A DNA stretch of 64,000 nt, taken from assembly GCA_963664405.1 (NCBI GenBank), contig OY761158.1:5856001-5920000 (forward strand), in the 5' to 3' direction. The stretch comes from Thermoanaerobaculia bacterium. Lineage in GTDB: Bacteria > Acidobacteriota > Thermoanaerobaculia > Multivoradales > Multivoraceae. Positions 10,171-19,627 of this stretch are shown one piece after another. The notes under the pieces are model-generated. The model saw only the letters and a list, made by a program, of their open reading frames with translations, was not told the origin of the DNA and ran no database searches. A program made the translations under genes and the position numbers. Position 1 is the stretch's first letter. Each line of letters begins with the position of its first letter.

Positions 10171-11957
10171 TGAGAATCAGAACGAGCAACGGCGCGGCCC
10201 TGTCGGTAGTTGTGGTCCTAGCGTCCGCCAGCGTGATTTGCGCGGAAGAAGCGCCGGACCGATCGGCCTTCTTCGGCGACATCCACATCCACACGATGTA
10301 TTCCCACGACGCCTTCATGGGTAACGTGAGGACGACTCCTGACGACGCCTATCGCTTCGCCAAAGGCGAGGCGATCCCTCATCCAGCGGGCAAGATGGTC
10401 AGGCTCTCAGGCTCGCCACTCGACTTTCTGATGGTCAGCGACCATGCCGCGTATCTGGGTGTGTTCGCCGGCTTCTCGGATCCACGGAGTCCTAATTACA
10501 ATCACCCCGCCAAGTCTCAGCCCCCCCCGGAAGTCCAAGCGCTTGTTCGGCAAGGCAGCGAGCTCGGCGGCGAGGCCGTGATTGGAGACGCTTGGCAGAG
10601 AGAGATCGAGGCCGCTGAGCGTCACAACGACCCAGGGAAGTTCACCGCGTTCATCGGCTACGAATACACTCCTTCGCGCGGCTCGCGCCACATGCATCGC
10701 AACGTTGTGTTCCGGAGCAACAACGTTCCGGATCTTCCTTTCAGCTCCCGTGACTCCGGCGATCCGGAAGACCTCTGGACCTGGCTCGATCAGTTGCGCG
10801 CCGACGGCATCGAGGCGTTGGCCGTTCCGCACAATATGAACCAGAGCGACGGGCTTGCCTTTCCCGACACGACTTGGAAGGGCGAGCCGATCACCAGGGC
10901 GTTTGCGGAAAAGCGCATGCGCAACGAGCCGATCGCCGAGATCAGCCAGAAGAAGGGAACCTCTGAGGTCCACCCTTCGCTGTCGCCAAACGATGAATGG
11001 GCCGACTTCCAGATCGTTCGGTACTACCTGGATCGGGCCAACAACAAGGATCCGATCTCGATCTTCAAGGGCGGCTACTGGCGCGACGCGCTGAAGACCG
11101 GCCTCGAGATGGAGGCCAAGCGGGGCTTCAATCCGTACCAGCAGGGCGCGATCGGTTCGAGTGATGCCCATGTCAGCGCCGGCTCCTACGAGGAGGACAA
11201 CCTCTTCGGTAATCGAGCCGACACCCCGCAGTCGCGCTCCACGGCCTATACCCCGGAGCAGGGGGGCTGGGAAGGGTTCTACACCAGCCGGGTCGCGACC
11301 CACGGGACGGGTGGGTTGGCCGGAGTCTGGGCGGACGAGAACACGCGCGCATCGCTCTATGACGCGATGCGCCGCCGCGAGACTTTTGCGACCTCTGGAC
11401 CGCGAATTCGTGTCCGCCTCTTTGGCGGCTTCGACCTCAGCGATCGGCTCGTGGGCTCCTCGGGCGCGGCATCGGAAGCCTATGCCCACGGCGTGCCGAT
11501 GGGCGGGGTTCTCTCCGACGGATTCAAAGGCGCGCCGAGCTTTCTGGTCTGGGCCCTGCGCGACCCCGATGCCGGCTGGCTGCAGCGGGCGCAGATCGTC
11601 AAAGGTTGGGTCGAGAACGGCAAGGCGCAAGAGGAGATCTATGATGTTGCTTGCTCCGACGGCCTGGAACCGGATCCCGAAACTCATCGCTGCCCCGACA
11701 ACGGAGCCCGGGTCAATCTGGCGGATTGCTCAGTGAGTCGCGACAAGGGGGCGGTGGAGCTCGAGACGGTGTGGACCGATCCCAGCTTCGATCCCGATCA
11801 GCTGGCCTTCTACTACACTCGTGTGCTGGAGAATCCGACCTGTCGTTTCTCGACCTGGGATGCGGTTCGTCTCGGCATCGAGCCCAATCCCGACCTTGCC
11901 AAGACGGTCCAGGAGCGGGCTTGGAGCTCGCCAATCTGGTACAAGCCCGGCGATTGA
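10167..11957 (+). CDS. DUF3604 domain protein (PHP-like metallohydrolase), secreted
   Basis: Signal peptide, FFGDIHIHTMYSHDA, FIGYEYT, HRNVVFR, GSSDAH, ATSGPRI, ERAWSSPIWY. Confidence 0.9.
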   Translation: MMRIRTSNGAALSVVVVLASASVICAEEAPDRSAFFGDIHIHTMYSHDAFMGNVRTTPDDAYRFAKGEAIPHPAGKMVRLSGSPLDFLMVSDHAAYLGVFAGFSDPRSPNYNHPAKSQPPPEVQALVRQGSELGGEAVIGDAWQREIEAAERHNDPGKFTAFIGYEYTPSRGSRHMHRNVVFRSNNVPDLPFSSRDSGDPEDLWTWLDQLRADGIEALAVPHNMNQSDGLAFPDTTWKGEPITRAFAEKRMRNEPIAEISQKKGTSEVHPSLSPNDEWADFQIVRYYLDRANNKDPISIFKGGYWRDALKTGLEMEAKRGFNPYQQGAIGSSDAHVSAGSYEEDNLFGNRADTPQSRSTAYTPEQGGWEGFYTSRVATHGTGGLAGVWADENTRASLYDAMRRRETFATSGPRIRVRLFGGFDLSDRLVGSSGAASEAYAHGVPMGGVLSDGFKGAPSFLVWALRDPDAGWLQRAQIVKGWVENGKAQEEIYDVACSDGLEPDPETHRCPDNGARVNLADCSVSRDKGAVELETVWTDPSFDPDQLAFYYTRVLENPTCRFSTWDAVRLGIEPNPDLAKTVQERAWSSPIWYKPGD

Positions 11958-11990
11958 GGCCACGTTCGACGAAAGATTGGCCGCCCTCCA

Positions 11991-14606
11991 ATGCAGCATT
12001 CGATATCGATGGGAAGGCTTTCGAGCTTCTCGGCCCGGGGAGCCGTCGTCGTTACCCTCCTCAGCTCGCTCTTTGCCTGTGCCGGGTCGTCCGATAGTGA
12101 TGACCCCCTTTCGACGGAGCTTCGACGGCAAGTCGAGCATTTCAAGGCCGAAGGGCTCGAGATCGCGACCAGGGCCGATACGCTTCAGCAGCGCAGCGAG
12201 CTGTTGTGGAGGTGGGCCAATGCCTGGGCGCTGGCCGGCCACCAGCTTCCCGTGCGTCTGCCGCTCGCCGTCCAACAGGTCAGCCAGATTGCAATCCCTG
12301 GCAGGGAAGCGACGCCGGCTCTGTTCCGCGAGATCGACACATATCTTCGCCAGCTCGCGATCGAAGATGAGGACCCTGCGGCGCTGGGGGGAACACGCTT
12401 CGCCAAGGGCGACTCGCTCGTCGCCGACAGCTGGGCCACCGTCGAGCAGATCTACACCGCTGGCTCGCGGCCTCCTCAACAAGGTGGGGTCTTTGCGATC
12501 GCTGGCCACTTCATGTCCGATCAGGGGCCTCTGCAGAATCAGGATCCGGAGGCCGATGGCTTCGTCTCCATCCGCAGCGATCGCGCTGGGGTCGCCTTCG
12601 AGACTCTGACCGTGCCCTGGTCCGGCATGCACAGCGGTGCGCAGTCACGAGATGCCCAGATACCCGCCTTCCGTCTCGGTGGCGCCGACCTCCAGCCGGG
12701 TGACACGGTCACGGTGGTTTACGGCGACCCTGCGGGAGGCTCTCGCGGCTTCCGAGTGCAGACCATGTCGACCGAGCGTCTACTCTTTCCCTTCTATGTC
12801 GACCTCGATGGCAGCGGCCATTTCTTCACTCCGTCGTGGGGCTCGCGGCGGGTCACCGGCCTGGCCGAGGTGGCCTCGCTCGATGTCTTCGTTCCCTCGG
12901 TGGTAGTTGTCGGGGAGTCGTTCGAGATCGCGGTGCGCTCGGCGGACGTTTGGTACAACCGGCCCACAGGCTCGATCCCCGCTTTCGAAGTGCGCCTGGA
13001 AGGCGAGACCGTGGCGCAGATTCCTGCCGGTACCGCCGCGGTCAGCGAGGTGCCGGACCTGAGCCTGAAGGCGGCCGGTGTCTACCGTTTCGAGGTCCTC
13101 TCCTCCGATGGCGCGCTGCGTGCTCTCTCTAACCCGATTCGAGTAGTAGAGGAGCCCGGCCAAAGGGTCTTTTGGGGTGAGCTGCATGCGCACACGGACT
13201 TTGCCGAGGCGCAGGGAACTCCCGAGGAGTTCTTCGCCTACGCCCACGAGGACGCGAGACTCGACTTCTTCTCACTCACCGAGCACGACGCCTGGCTCGA
13301 CGATCTGGAGTGGCAGGTGCTGCAGGGGCTAGCGGACCAGACCAACGAGAGCGGTGATCTGGTCGCCTTTCTCGGCTATGAGTGGACCTCGGCGCGAGAC
13401 CTCGGTGGCCATCACAACGTCGTCTTTCGGAACAGCGACAGGCAGCGGGTTCCGGTGCAAGTGGCCCCCTCGCTTGCCGAGCTCTACCGCGGCCTCGACG
13501 CCGAGGGTAGTGCAGATGACGTGTTGGTCATTCCTCATGCCCACGAGGCCGGCGACTGGACCCTGAGTGACCCGGAGCTCGAGCGCTTGGTGGAGATCTA
13601 CTCGATGCATGGCAGCTTCGAGTGGTTCGGTAACCTCTACCTCCAGAATGGCTGGGAAGTCGGCTTCATCGCCGCATCCGACGACCATCGCTCGAAGCCT
13701 GGCCTCGCACGGCCGATCTTCATGCAGGGAGCCCTCGGTCAGCGTGGCGGCCTAGCGGCGGCGGTCGCTGCGGAGCGCAGTGCCGACGCGATCTTCGATG
13801 CGCTGCGATCTCTCTCCTCCTACGCCACCTCTGGGGAGCGTATTCTCCTCGAGGCCGAGCTCAACGGCTTCCCGATGGGGAGCCGACAGCCGCAGGTGGA
13901 GGAGCGGCGTCTGCGGGCTCGGGTCGCTGGCACCGCCCCGATCCAGCGCATCGACGTCATCAAGAACGGCGACATCGCTCTGTCACGGTCATATCTTGGC
14001 CCCCAGCCGCCTAGAGCAACGTTGCTCCAGGTCTCTTTCGAGTCCTCGTCAGAGGTCTTCCCGCCGCCACGAGACAACCCGCGTCTTTATCGGTTCTGGG
14101 ACGGTACTTTGACCGTAGAGGGCGGCGAGATCGCCGCCGTCTCTCGGGTCGGACTCGACAGTCACTATCGCGACCAACTCACCGTCGACGAGACGAGCAG
14201 AACGAGCCTACAGTTCCGGATCCAGACTCGAGGCCGCCGCGATTCGTTCCTTTTGAGCTTGGCGGGTGCACGCTCGGCGACGCGCCTGCGACTCGAGCTC
14301 GAGCCCGGGCGGGAGGCCGGCATCGCGGGCCGTCTGGTGCGCCAGCCGCGCGGCGACTTGCCGCCCGCCGAGCTGTCGCTCCGGATGTTGGACCTAGCCA
14401 GGGGCCCTTCTGAGCACCCGATCGAGGTCGGCCCGTTCACCGATCGCATCACCTTCGAGCTCGTGGATGTCGAAGGTAGGATGGATCAGGATCTGGAGTG
14501 GACTGACACCGGAGCCACCGCACCGGGCGATTACTACTACGTCCGCGTCACCCAGCTCGATGGCGCCCGCGCCTGGTCCAGCCCGTTCTGGGTCGGCGGG
14601 CCCTAG
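11991..14606 (+). CDS. Large DUF3604-type (PHP-like) metallohydrolase, probable lipoprotein
   Basis: Lipobox-like LFAC, FWGELHAHT, TEHD, LGYEWT, GHHNV, IPHAH, ASDDH, YYYVRVTQLDG.RAWSSPFWV; start could be the later Met (MGRLSS). Confidence 0.85.
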   Translation: MQHSISMGRLSSFSARGAVVVTLLSSLFACAGSSDSDDPLSTELRRQVEHFKAEGLEIATRADTLQQRSELLWRWANAWALAGHQLPVRLPLAVQQVSQIAIPGREATPALFREIDTYLRQLAIEDEDPAALGGTRFAKGDSLVADSWATVEQIYTAGSRPPQQGGVFAIAGHFMSDQGPLQNQDPEADGFVSIRSDRAGVAFETLTVPWSGMHSGAQSRDAQIPAFRLGGADLQPGDTVTVVYGDPAGGSRGFRVQTMSTERLLFPFYVDLDGSGHFFTPSWGSRRVTGLAEVASLDVFVPSVVVVGESFEIAVRSADVWYNRPTGSIPAFEVRLEGETVAQIPAGTAAVSEVPDLSLKAAGVYRFEVLSSDGALRALSNPIRVVEEPGQRVFWGELHAHTDFAEAQGTPEEFFAYAHEDARLDFFSLTEHDAWLDDLEWQVLQGLADQTNESGDLVAFLGYEWTSARDLGGHHNVVFRNSDRQRVPVQVAPSLAELYRGLDAEGSADDVLVIPHAHEAGDWTLSDPELERLVEIYSMHGSFEWFGNLYLQNGWEVGFIAASDDHRSKPGLARPIFMQGALGQRGGLAAAVAAERSADAIFDALRSLSSYATSGERILLEAELNGFPMGSRQPQVEERRLRARVAGTAPIQRIDVIKNGDIALSRSYLGPQPPRATLLQVSFESSSEVFPPPRDNPRLYRFWDGTLTVEGGEIAAVSRVGLDSHYRDQLTVDETSRTSLQFRIQTRGRRDSFLLSLAGARSATRLRLELEPGREAGIAGRLVRQPRGDLPPAELSLRMLDLARGPSEHPIEVGPFTDRITFELVDVEGRMDQDLEWTDTGATAPGDYYYVRVTQLDGARAWSSPFWVGGP

Positions 14607-15277
14607 ACCCCCAGGATCTTCTGCAGGGCTTCTCTGGCCTCGTCGGGATCGAAGTCGTAGGGGCCGTGGCCGCCCTTGTAGGCAATGTTTCCATCACCGG
14701 CAGCGAGGATGTAGATGCGCTCCGGCCAGGCCGAAAAGGCGGTGCCTGTGGCGTCGCTCATGTCATCGACCAGCATCGGGATTTCCATCTCGAGCTCGGC
14801 TGCGCAGCGTCGAGCCGCCGCTTGGCGCTCCTCGAGGTTGGTGTGTTGGTTGATGTCGATACCGGCCTCTTCGTTCACCTGCAAGTTCCAGCCGTCGTCG
14901 GAGTGTGCTTCGGCAATGTAGATGACGAAAAAGTCCGCTCGGTCGCGGAACGCTTCGTACATAGCCACGAGGTCGCCGGCCCGGCGACGGAAGGGCGGTC
15001 ACGTATAGCTGCCGAAGAAGAGCACCAGAGGCCGATCGCCCACCACCTCCGGCAGGCGCACGGAGCCGGAGCTCAGGCCATGAAGCTGGACATCGGGAGG
15101 CGGATCGCCTTCGACCAGGATGTCAGGATGACGATAGGTGACCAGGGTGCAGACCACCGCCTCCTGCTCCGTGCCTTCGGTGCCCAACATGTACTTTAGG
15201 TCTCGCTCGTCGACCACTTTCTCGACTCCCAACTCGCGGAGTCGCTGGTCTTGATCCTTGGGGGCAGGCTCCGTCAA
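14603..15277 (-). CDS. Iodothyronine-deiodinase-like selenoprotein (thioredoxin fold), 224 aa, Sec at codon 93 (TGA 14999-15001)
   Basis: Track ORFs 14999-15277 and 14603-14968 are in the same frame and join as RPLVLFFGSYT-U-PPF...FFVIYIAEAHSDDGW...VDDM...AWPERIYI...YKGGHGPY, matching deiodinase motifs. TTG start has an AGGAGG RBS. Confidence 0.9.
14965..14998 (-). promoter_or_regulatory. Putative bacterial SECIS element
   Basis: mRNA after UGA reads CCGC-CCUUCC-GUCGCCG-GGC-CGGCGAC-CUC-GUGG: 7-bp upper stem, G-starting apical loop 17 nt after the UGA, possible CCGC/GUGG lower stem. Confidence 0.75.
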
Positions 15278-15297
15278 CTTCTTTCCTCCTTCGCAGC

Positions 15298-16806
15298 TCA
15301 GGCGCGCGACAATGCCACCGGGCGGAAACTACCGGCGCGCAGCATCTGTTCAAGGCGTTGGCAGCGCTCGGGGTCTTTCGCCGCCAGATCGACGTCCTCC
15401 CAGGGGTCCTCGTCGAGATCGAAGAGCAGGCGGTCGTGGCCGTCGTAGTTGGCGATGTATTTGAAACGGCCGTCAAAGACCGAGCGCCAGTCGTCGAGTC
15501 CGGACAGTACGTACTCGCGGTGGCTGTCGGTTTCTCCCTCGAGGAGAGGACGCAGCGACAGACCGTCCATTTCGCTCGGCGGGGTGACGCCGCCGTAGTC
15601 GAGGAAGGTAGCTGTCAGATCGATCAGGCTCACCAAGGATGGATTGACGTGCCCTGCGCGAATGCCGGGGCCGGCGATCGCGAGGGGCACGCCGGCGGAG
15701 GCGTGGAAGGGGACCGTCTTTCCCCACTTACCTCGATCGCCGAGCATGTCGCCATGGTCGCTGGCGTAGACCACGATCGTGTTGTCGAGCTCGCCGCGCT
15801 CTTCGAGGCGGTCGATATAGACGCCGAGCCAGTGGTCGATGTTCTCGATGATGGCAGCGTAATTCTGGCGAATATGCTGGTGCTTGGCCTGATCGTAGCT
15901 GCCTATGTAGCCATGGGGCTGGGGAAAGTCGTTGATCACCCGCTGAGGACCCCGGTATGAAGCCTCGAGCCGGGTCGGAATGTCGACCGGCGAGTGCGGT
16001 CCGGCGAAGTTCACGACCAGCGACCAGGGCTCACCGGGTGTTACCTCATCGAGCAGTGCGAGGCCGTTGCGGGCGATCCAGTTGTCGAGATAATGCTCCT
16101 CGGGCAGAGGCGAGGGGCGAGTGTCACCCCACTGCCACTCTTTCGGTCTGGAGCGCTTCTGCATATCCTCGGCGCAGACACGACCCAGCGGAGGGGCCAG
16201 ACGGTCGAGGTAGTCGTAGTAGTGATCCTTCGGCCCCACCGGGTCTGAGAGGTAAATGAACGAGCCCGCCTGCTTGCCGGCGTTGTGCAGGACCGTGTCG
16301 AAGCCCCACTCGCGAGAGAACTTCTGGCCATCGATGCCGAGGCCTCGCCCAGCCACCAGCTCGCCGGTGGCAAGATCGATCTTGCCGCAGCCGAGGGAGT
16401 GGTAGCCGGCGTCGCGCAATCGCCCGTAGTAGGTGGGTTGCTCCAGGGGGTAGTTGTCTCGGTTGGAAGGAACGCCGCAGTGATCGTATTCGCGCCCGGT
16501 GGCCAGGCAGGCCCGCGACGGTGCACACACCGGAGCGGCGCAGAACGCCTGCTCGAAGCGCACACCCCTAGCCGCCAGACGCTCGAAATTGGGCATGGGA
16601 ACCGGTACTGCGGGGTTGGCCGGGGTCCAGTCCGGGCGCTGCTGATCGGGGAAGATGAAGAGGAAGTTGGGGCGTGCGGTATTCGCGGGAGCGACCGCAG
16701 GCTCCTCGCCAGACGGCTCAGGCCCGGAGCGACACGCACCAGCGGCCAGCGCCGAAGTGGCAAGGGAAGCTTGTCGGATGAACTCGCGGCGACTCTTTTC
16801 TGACAT
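15298..16806 (-). CDS. Tat-exported sulfatase (arylsulfatase/choline-sulfatase-like)
   Basis: SRREFI twin-arginine signal, RPNFLFIFPDQQR, CAPSR motif, SDHGDMLGD, LFDLDEDPWE. Confidence 0.93.
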   Translation of the reverse strand: MSEKSRREFIRQASLATSALAAGACRSGPEPSGEEPAVAPANTARPNFLFIFPDQQRPDWTPANPAVPVPMPNFERLAARGVRFEQAFCAAPVCAPSRACLATGREYDHCGVPSNRDNYPLEQPTYYGRLRDAGYHSLGCGKIDLATGELVAGRGLGIDGQKFSREWGFDTVLHNAGKQAGSFIYLSDPVGPKDHYYDYLDRLAPPLGRVCAEDMQKRSRPKEWQWGDTRPSPLPEEHYLDNWIARNGLALLDEVTPGEPWSLVVNFAGPHSPVDIPTRLEASYRGPQRVINDFPQPHGYIGSYDQAKHQHIRQNYAAIIENIDHWLGVYIDRLEERGELDNTIVVYASDHGDMLGDRGKWGKTVPFHASAGVPLAIAGPGIRAGHVNPSLVSLIDLTATFLDYGGVTPPSEMDGLSLRPLLEGETDSHREYVLSGLDDWRSVFDGRFKYIANYDGHDRLLFDLDEDPWEDVDLAAKDPERCQRLEQMLRAGSFRPVALSRA

Positions 16807-16856
16807 ACCCAGCGCCCTCTCCGGCCTTCCTCGAACGACGGAGACCTGCCTGGAAA

Positions 16857-16884
16857 TAGACCGACCAGTCTAAGAAGATTAGCA
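16857..16884 (-). promoter_or_regulatory. Putative promoter of the sulfatase-deiodinase operon with palindromic operator
   Basis: TAGAC-N6-GTCTA palindrome (16857-16872) just downstream of an extended -10-like TGCTAATCT on the minus strand (16876-16884). Confidence 0.5.
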
Positions 16885-16917
16885 CAGCCGATTGAGGTCT
16901 CGAGCTCGCAGCGCCGA

Positions 16918-19602
16918 CTAGGGGGCGGCGCTCCTCGCCTCTCCTCCCACCCAGAAGGGGCTCGACCAGGCTCGCTCGCCGTCGAGCTGAGTGACGCGCA
17001 CATAGTAGTAGTCGCCCTCGTTGGTTGGACCCATATCGGTCCACTCGAGCTCCTGGTCGAGCGAGCCCTGTGGGTCGATCAGCTGAAGAGAGATGGTGTC
17101 GTTGTTGGGCTCGCCGGTGGAGCTCAGGGCGTGAACCAGGGTCGCCTGGCGGGCGTCTACGAGGCGGAGCGAGAGATCCTCACCAGGGAGGACGGTATCG
17201 TCACCCTGAATGCGACCGGGCTCGAGGTGGACCGTGATCGCCGACTCGGAGTGGGCGCCCGAGAGCTGGAGAAGAATCGTGTTTGCCCGGCCGCGCGTGA
17301 ACAGAGTGAAGTCCACCCGATCACGATCGCGAGAGCTCCTGGTGACGCTCTCGCGGTGGGTATTCTCGAGCACAGGCGCCCGTAGCTCCTCGAGGCGCGC
17401 ACCTTCGACCTCGAGCCAACCCTCGAAGACCCGGAAGTTGCGAGGGGCCTTGTGCTCGAGCACTTCCGAGCTCGAGGCGAAGCTCACCTGCACCCAGCGG
17501 TTCGGCGTCAGGTCTGCCTGTAGGTAAGGGTGGTGGTAGGCCACTTCGCCGTTTTTGATCACGTCGATGGCCTCGATGGGTGCTGTGCCAGAAGCACGGG
17601 CGACGATGCGACGCCTGGCGTCGGCGGCGAGTCGGGTTCCCACCAGAGCCCCGTCGAGGCGGGCGTCGAGAAGAATCCTGGTGCCACCGGTCGCGTAGGC
17701 GCGGATGTCGCGCATGGCGTCGAAGATATCGTTCGAAGTGGCGGCCGGGGCGAGCACCGCCGCGATCCCGTTGCGCTCGGTGTGGAAAGTGGTGCCGGTG
17801 TCTGGGTAGCCGGGGTGGCCGTGATGGTTGTCGGTCGAGCCGATGAAGCCCACCTGCCATCCGCGTTCGAGGTAGCGGTTGCCGAAGAACTCGAAGGTCC
17901 CGTGGGTGGAGGTGATCTCGATCAGACGTTCCACCGCCGGGTCGCTCTGGCTCCAATCTCCGGGTGCATGGGCATGGGGTACGACCAGCACGTCCTCCTC
18001 GGCGTAGGCTCGACGAAGGGCCTGGTAAAGGCGGGCCAGCTCCGGTGCGATCTGGGCGCTCACGCGATAGGCCACATCGTGACGGAAGAAGACATTGTGG
18101 TGACCGCCGCTGCTGGTTGCTCGGGTCCACTCGTAGCCGAGAAAGGGTACGAAGCGGCCTTCATCGAGAAAGCTCTTGGCATTCTCGCGCATCACCTGCC
18201 ACTCGCGGTCGTCGGTCCAGATGTCGTGCTCGGAGAGCACGACGAAATCGAGGCGGGCGTCGTCGCGGGCGAATCGGAAATAGTGCTCGGGGCTCCCTTG
18301 TCCCTCCGAGTACTGGGTGTGGCCGTGTGTATCTCCCCAGAACACACGAAAGTCGGGCGTCTCTTCTACCCAGATCGGGTTCGAGAGCCCCTGCAGGCGG
18401 CTGTCGGTCGAGCGCAGTCCGAGACGGAAGACACCGGGCTCCTCCAACCGCAAGCTCTCGATCACGGTCAATCCGTCGTCGCCCGCCGGAACCACCGCGA
18501 AGCTGTTGCTCTCACCGCTGCCGGTGGTGGCGTCGGGCGCCTCGGCGCCACGCCTACGAGCGGAACGGGTGCTGGTCCTGACGTTTGTCGCTGCCGCGGA
18601 GTGATATACCTGCGGCGCGTCGGCAGCTGTGACCACGTGGACCTCGTAAGCGGGGATCTTGCCGGACGAGCGGTTGTAGTAGCGGTCTTCGGATCGGACC
18701 GCCAACTCGAAGCTCTCTCCTGGGCGGACGACTGAGGGTGCGACACCTCTCACTCTCACCACCTCCGCCATACCGCTGATCTCGAGGGAGCTCCAGGCCG
18801 GAGTGAAGAAGTTTCCCTGGGCTTCGAGGTCGAGATAGAGAGGAAGCAGGAGCTGGTCGATGGACCAGCTCTGGAGCAGGAAGCCTCGCGAGCCGCCGCT
18901 GCGGTCGCCGTAGGTCAGCGTGATCGTGTCGCCCGGCTCCACGTTCTCTCCTTCGAGAGTGAAGCTCACAAGGACGCGGGCGGGCAAGGAGAGGCCGGAG
19001 TAGCCGGGGCCCGGAACGAAGCGCGCGCCGGGCCGCGAGCTACGGATCGAGATGTAGTTTTCGCCCGCCGGGTCGGTGGCTTGAAGTGGTCCCTGATCGT
19101 TGAACCCGTCGATGCCGACTCGGATCCCGCCTCCGACCCTCATCCCCAAGGCGCCAGCGGTCCACGTCTGCTCGATCGTCTGCCAGCTTCGCGCGGGAAG
19201 CGGCCCGCGGTGGGAGAGGCGGATCGAGCCCAGAGCGTTCGCGATCTCCTCTTTGACCTCCAGCTCTCGAACCCAGCCGTCAACGGCGCGGATCCAGGGC
19301 TCGGGATCGCCACGCTCGGCGATCGAGTCGCGCACCGAGATCAGTAGTGGCAGATTCTGCGGAATCGGCTGACCGGTCAAGGACACGGCGTTGGCCCAGG
19401 GCCATAGCACCTCGGCCCGCCGAGCCACGTTCTCTCGGCTCGTCGGTTCGGCTCGGACCTCGCGCTTCAACTGTTCGATCTTCGCGCGCAGTTCGGGAGG
19501 GACGATGTCGTGTCCCCGGTCCTGTGCCTTGGCTGCAGTCGAAGCCGTAGCGAGAGAAAGAGCGAGCAGGCTAGCAGGAAGGTGCAGAGTGGCTCTGGTC
19601 AT
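16918..19602 (-). CDS. Large DUF3604-type (PHP-like) metallohydrolase, secreted; paralog of 11991-14606
   Basis: Signal peptide, LWPWANA, FWGDTHGHT, SEHD, LGYEWT, GHHNV, VPHAH, STDNH, YYYVRVTQLDG.RAWSSPFWV. Confidence 0.88.
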   Translation of the reverse strand: MTRATLHLPASLLALSLATASTAAKAQDRGHDIVPPELRAKIEQLKREVRAEPTSRENVARRAEVLWPWANAVSLTGQPIPQNLPLLISVRDSIAERGDPEPWIRAVDGWVRELEVKEEIANALGSIRLSHRGPLPARSWQTIEQTWTAGALGMRVGGGIRVGIDGFNDQGPLQATDPAGENYISIRSSRPGARFVPGPGYSGLSLPARVLVSFTLEGENVEPGDTITLTYGDRSGGSRGFLLQSWSIDQLLLPLYLDLEAQGNFFTPAWSSLEISGMAEVVRVRGVAPSVVRPGESFELAVRSEDRYYNRSSGKIPAYEVHVVTAADAPQVYHSAAATNVRTSTRSARRRGAEAPDATTGSGESNSFAVVPAGDDGLTVIESLRLEEPGVFRLGLRSTDSRLQGLSNPIWVEETPDFRVFWGDTHGHTQYSEGQGSPEHYFRFARDDARLDFVVLSEHDIWTDDREWQVMRENAKSFLDEGRFVPFLGYEWTRATSSGGHHNVFFRHDVAYRVSAQIAPELARLYQALRRAYAEEDVLVVPHAHAPGDWSQSDPAVERLIEITSTHGTFEFFGNRYLERGWQVGFIGSTDNHHGHPGYPDTGTTFHTERNGIAAVLAPAATSNDIFDAMRDIRAYATGGTRILLDARLDGALVGTRLAADARRRIVARASGTAPIEAIDVIKNGEVAYHHPYLQADLTPNRWVQVSFASSSEVLEHKAPRNFRVFEGWLEVEGARLEELRAPVLENTHRESVTRSSRDRDRVDFTLFTRGRANTILLQLSGAHSESAITVHLEPGRIQGDDTVLPGEDLSLRLVDARQATLVHALSSTGEPNNDTISLQLIDPQGSLDQELEWTDMGPTNEGDYYYVRVTQLDGERAWSSPFWVGGEARSAAP

Positions 19603-19627
19603 GGTCCCATTATGGCAGCCCCCTCCT

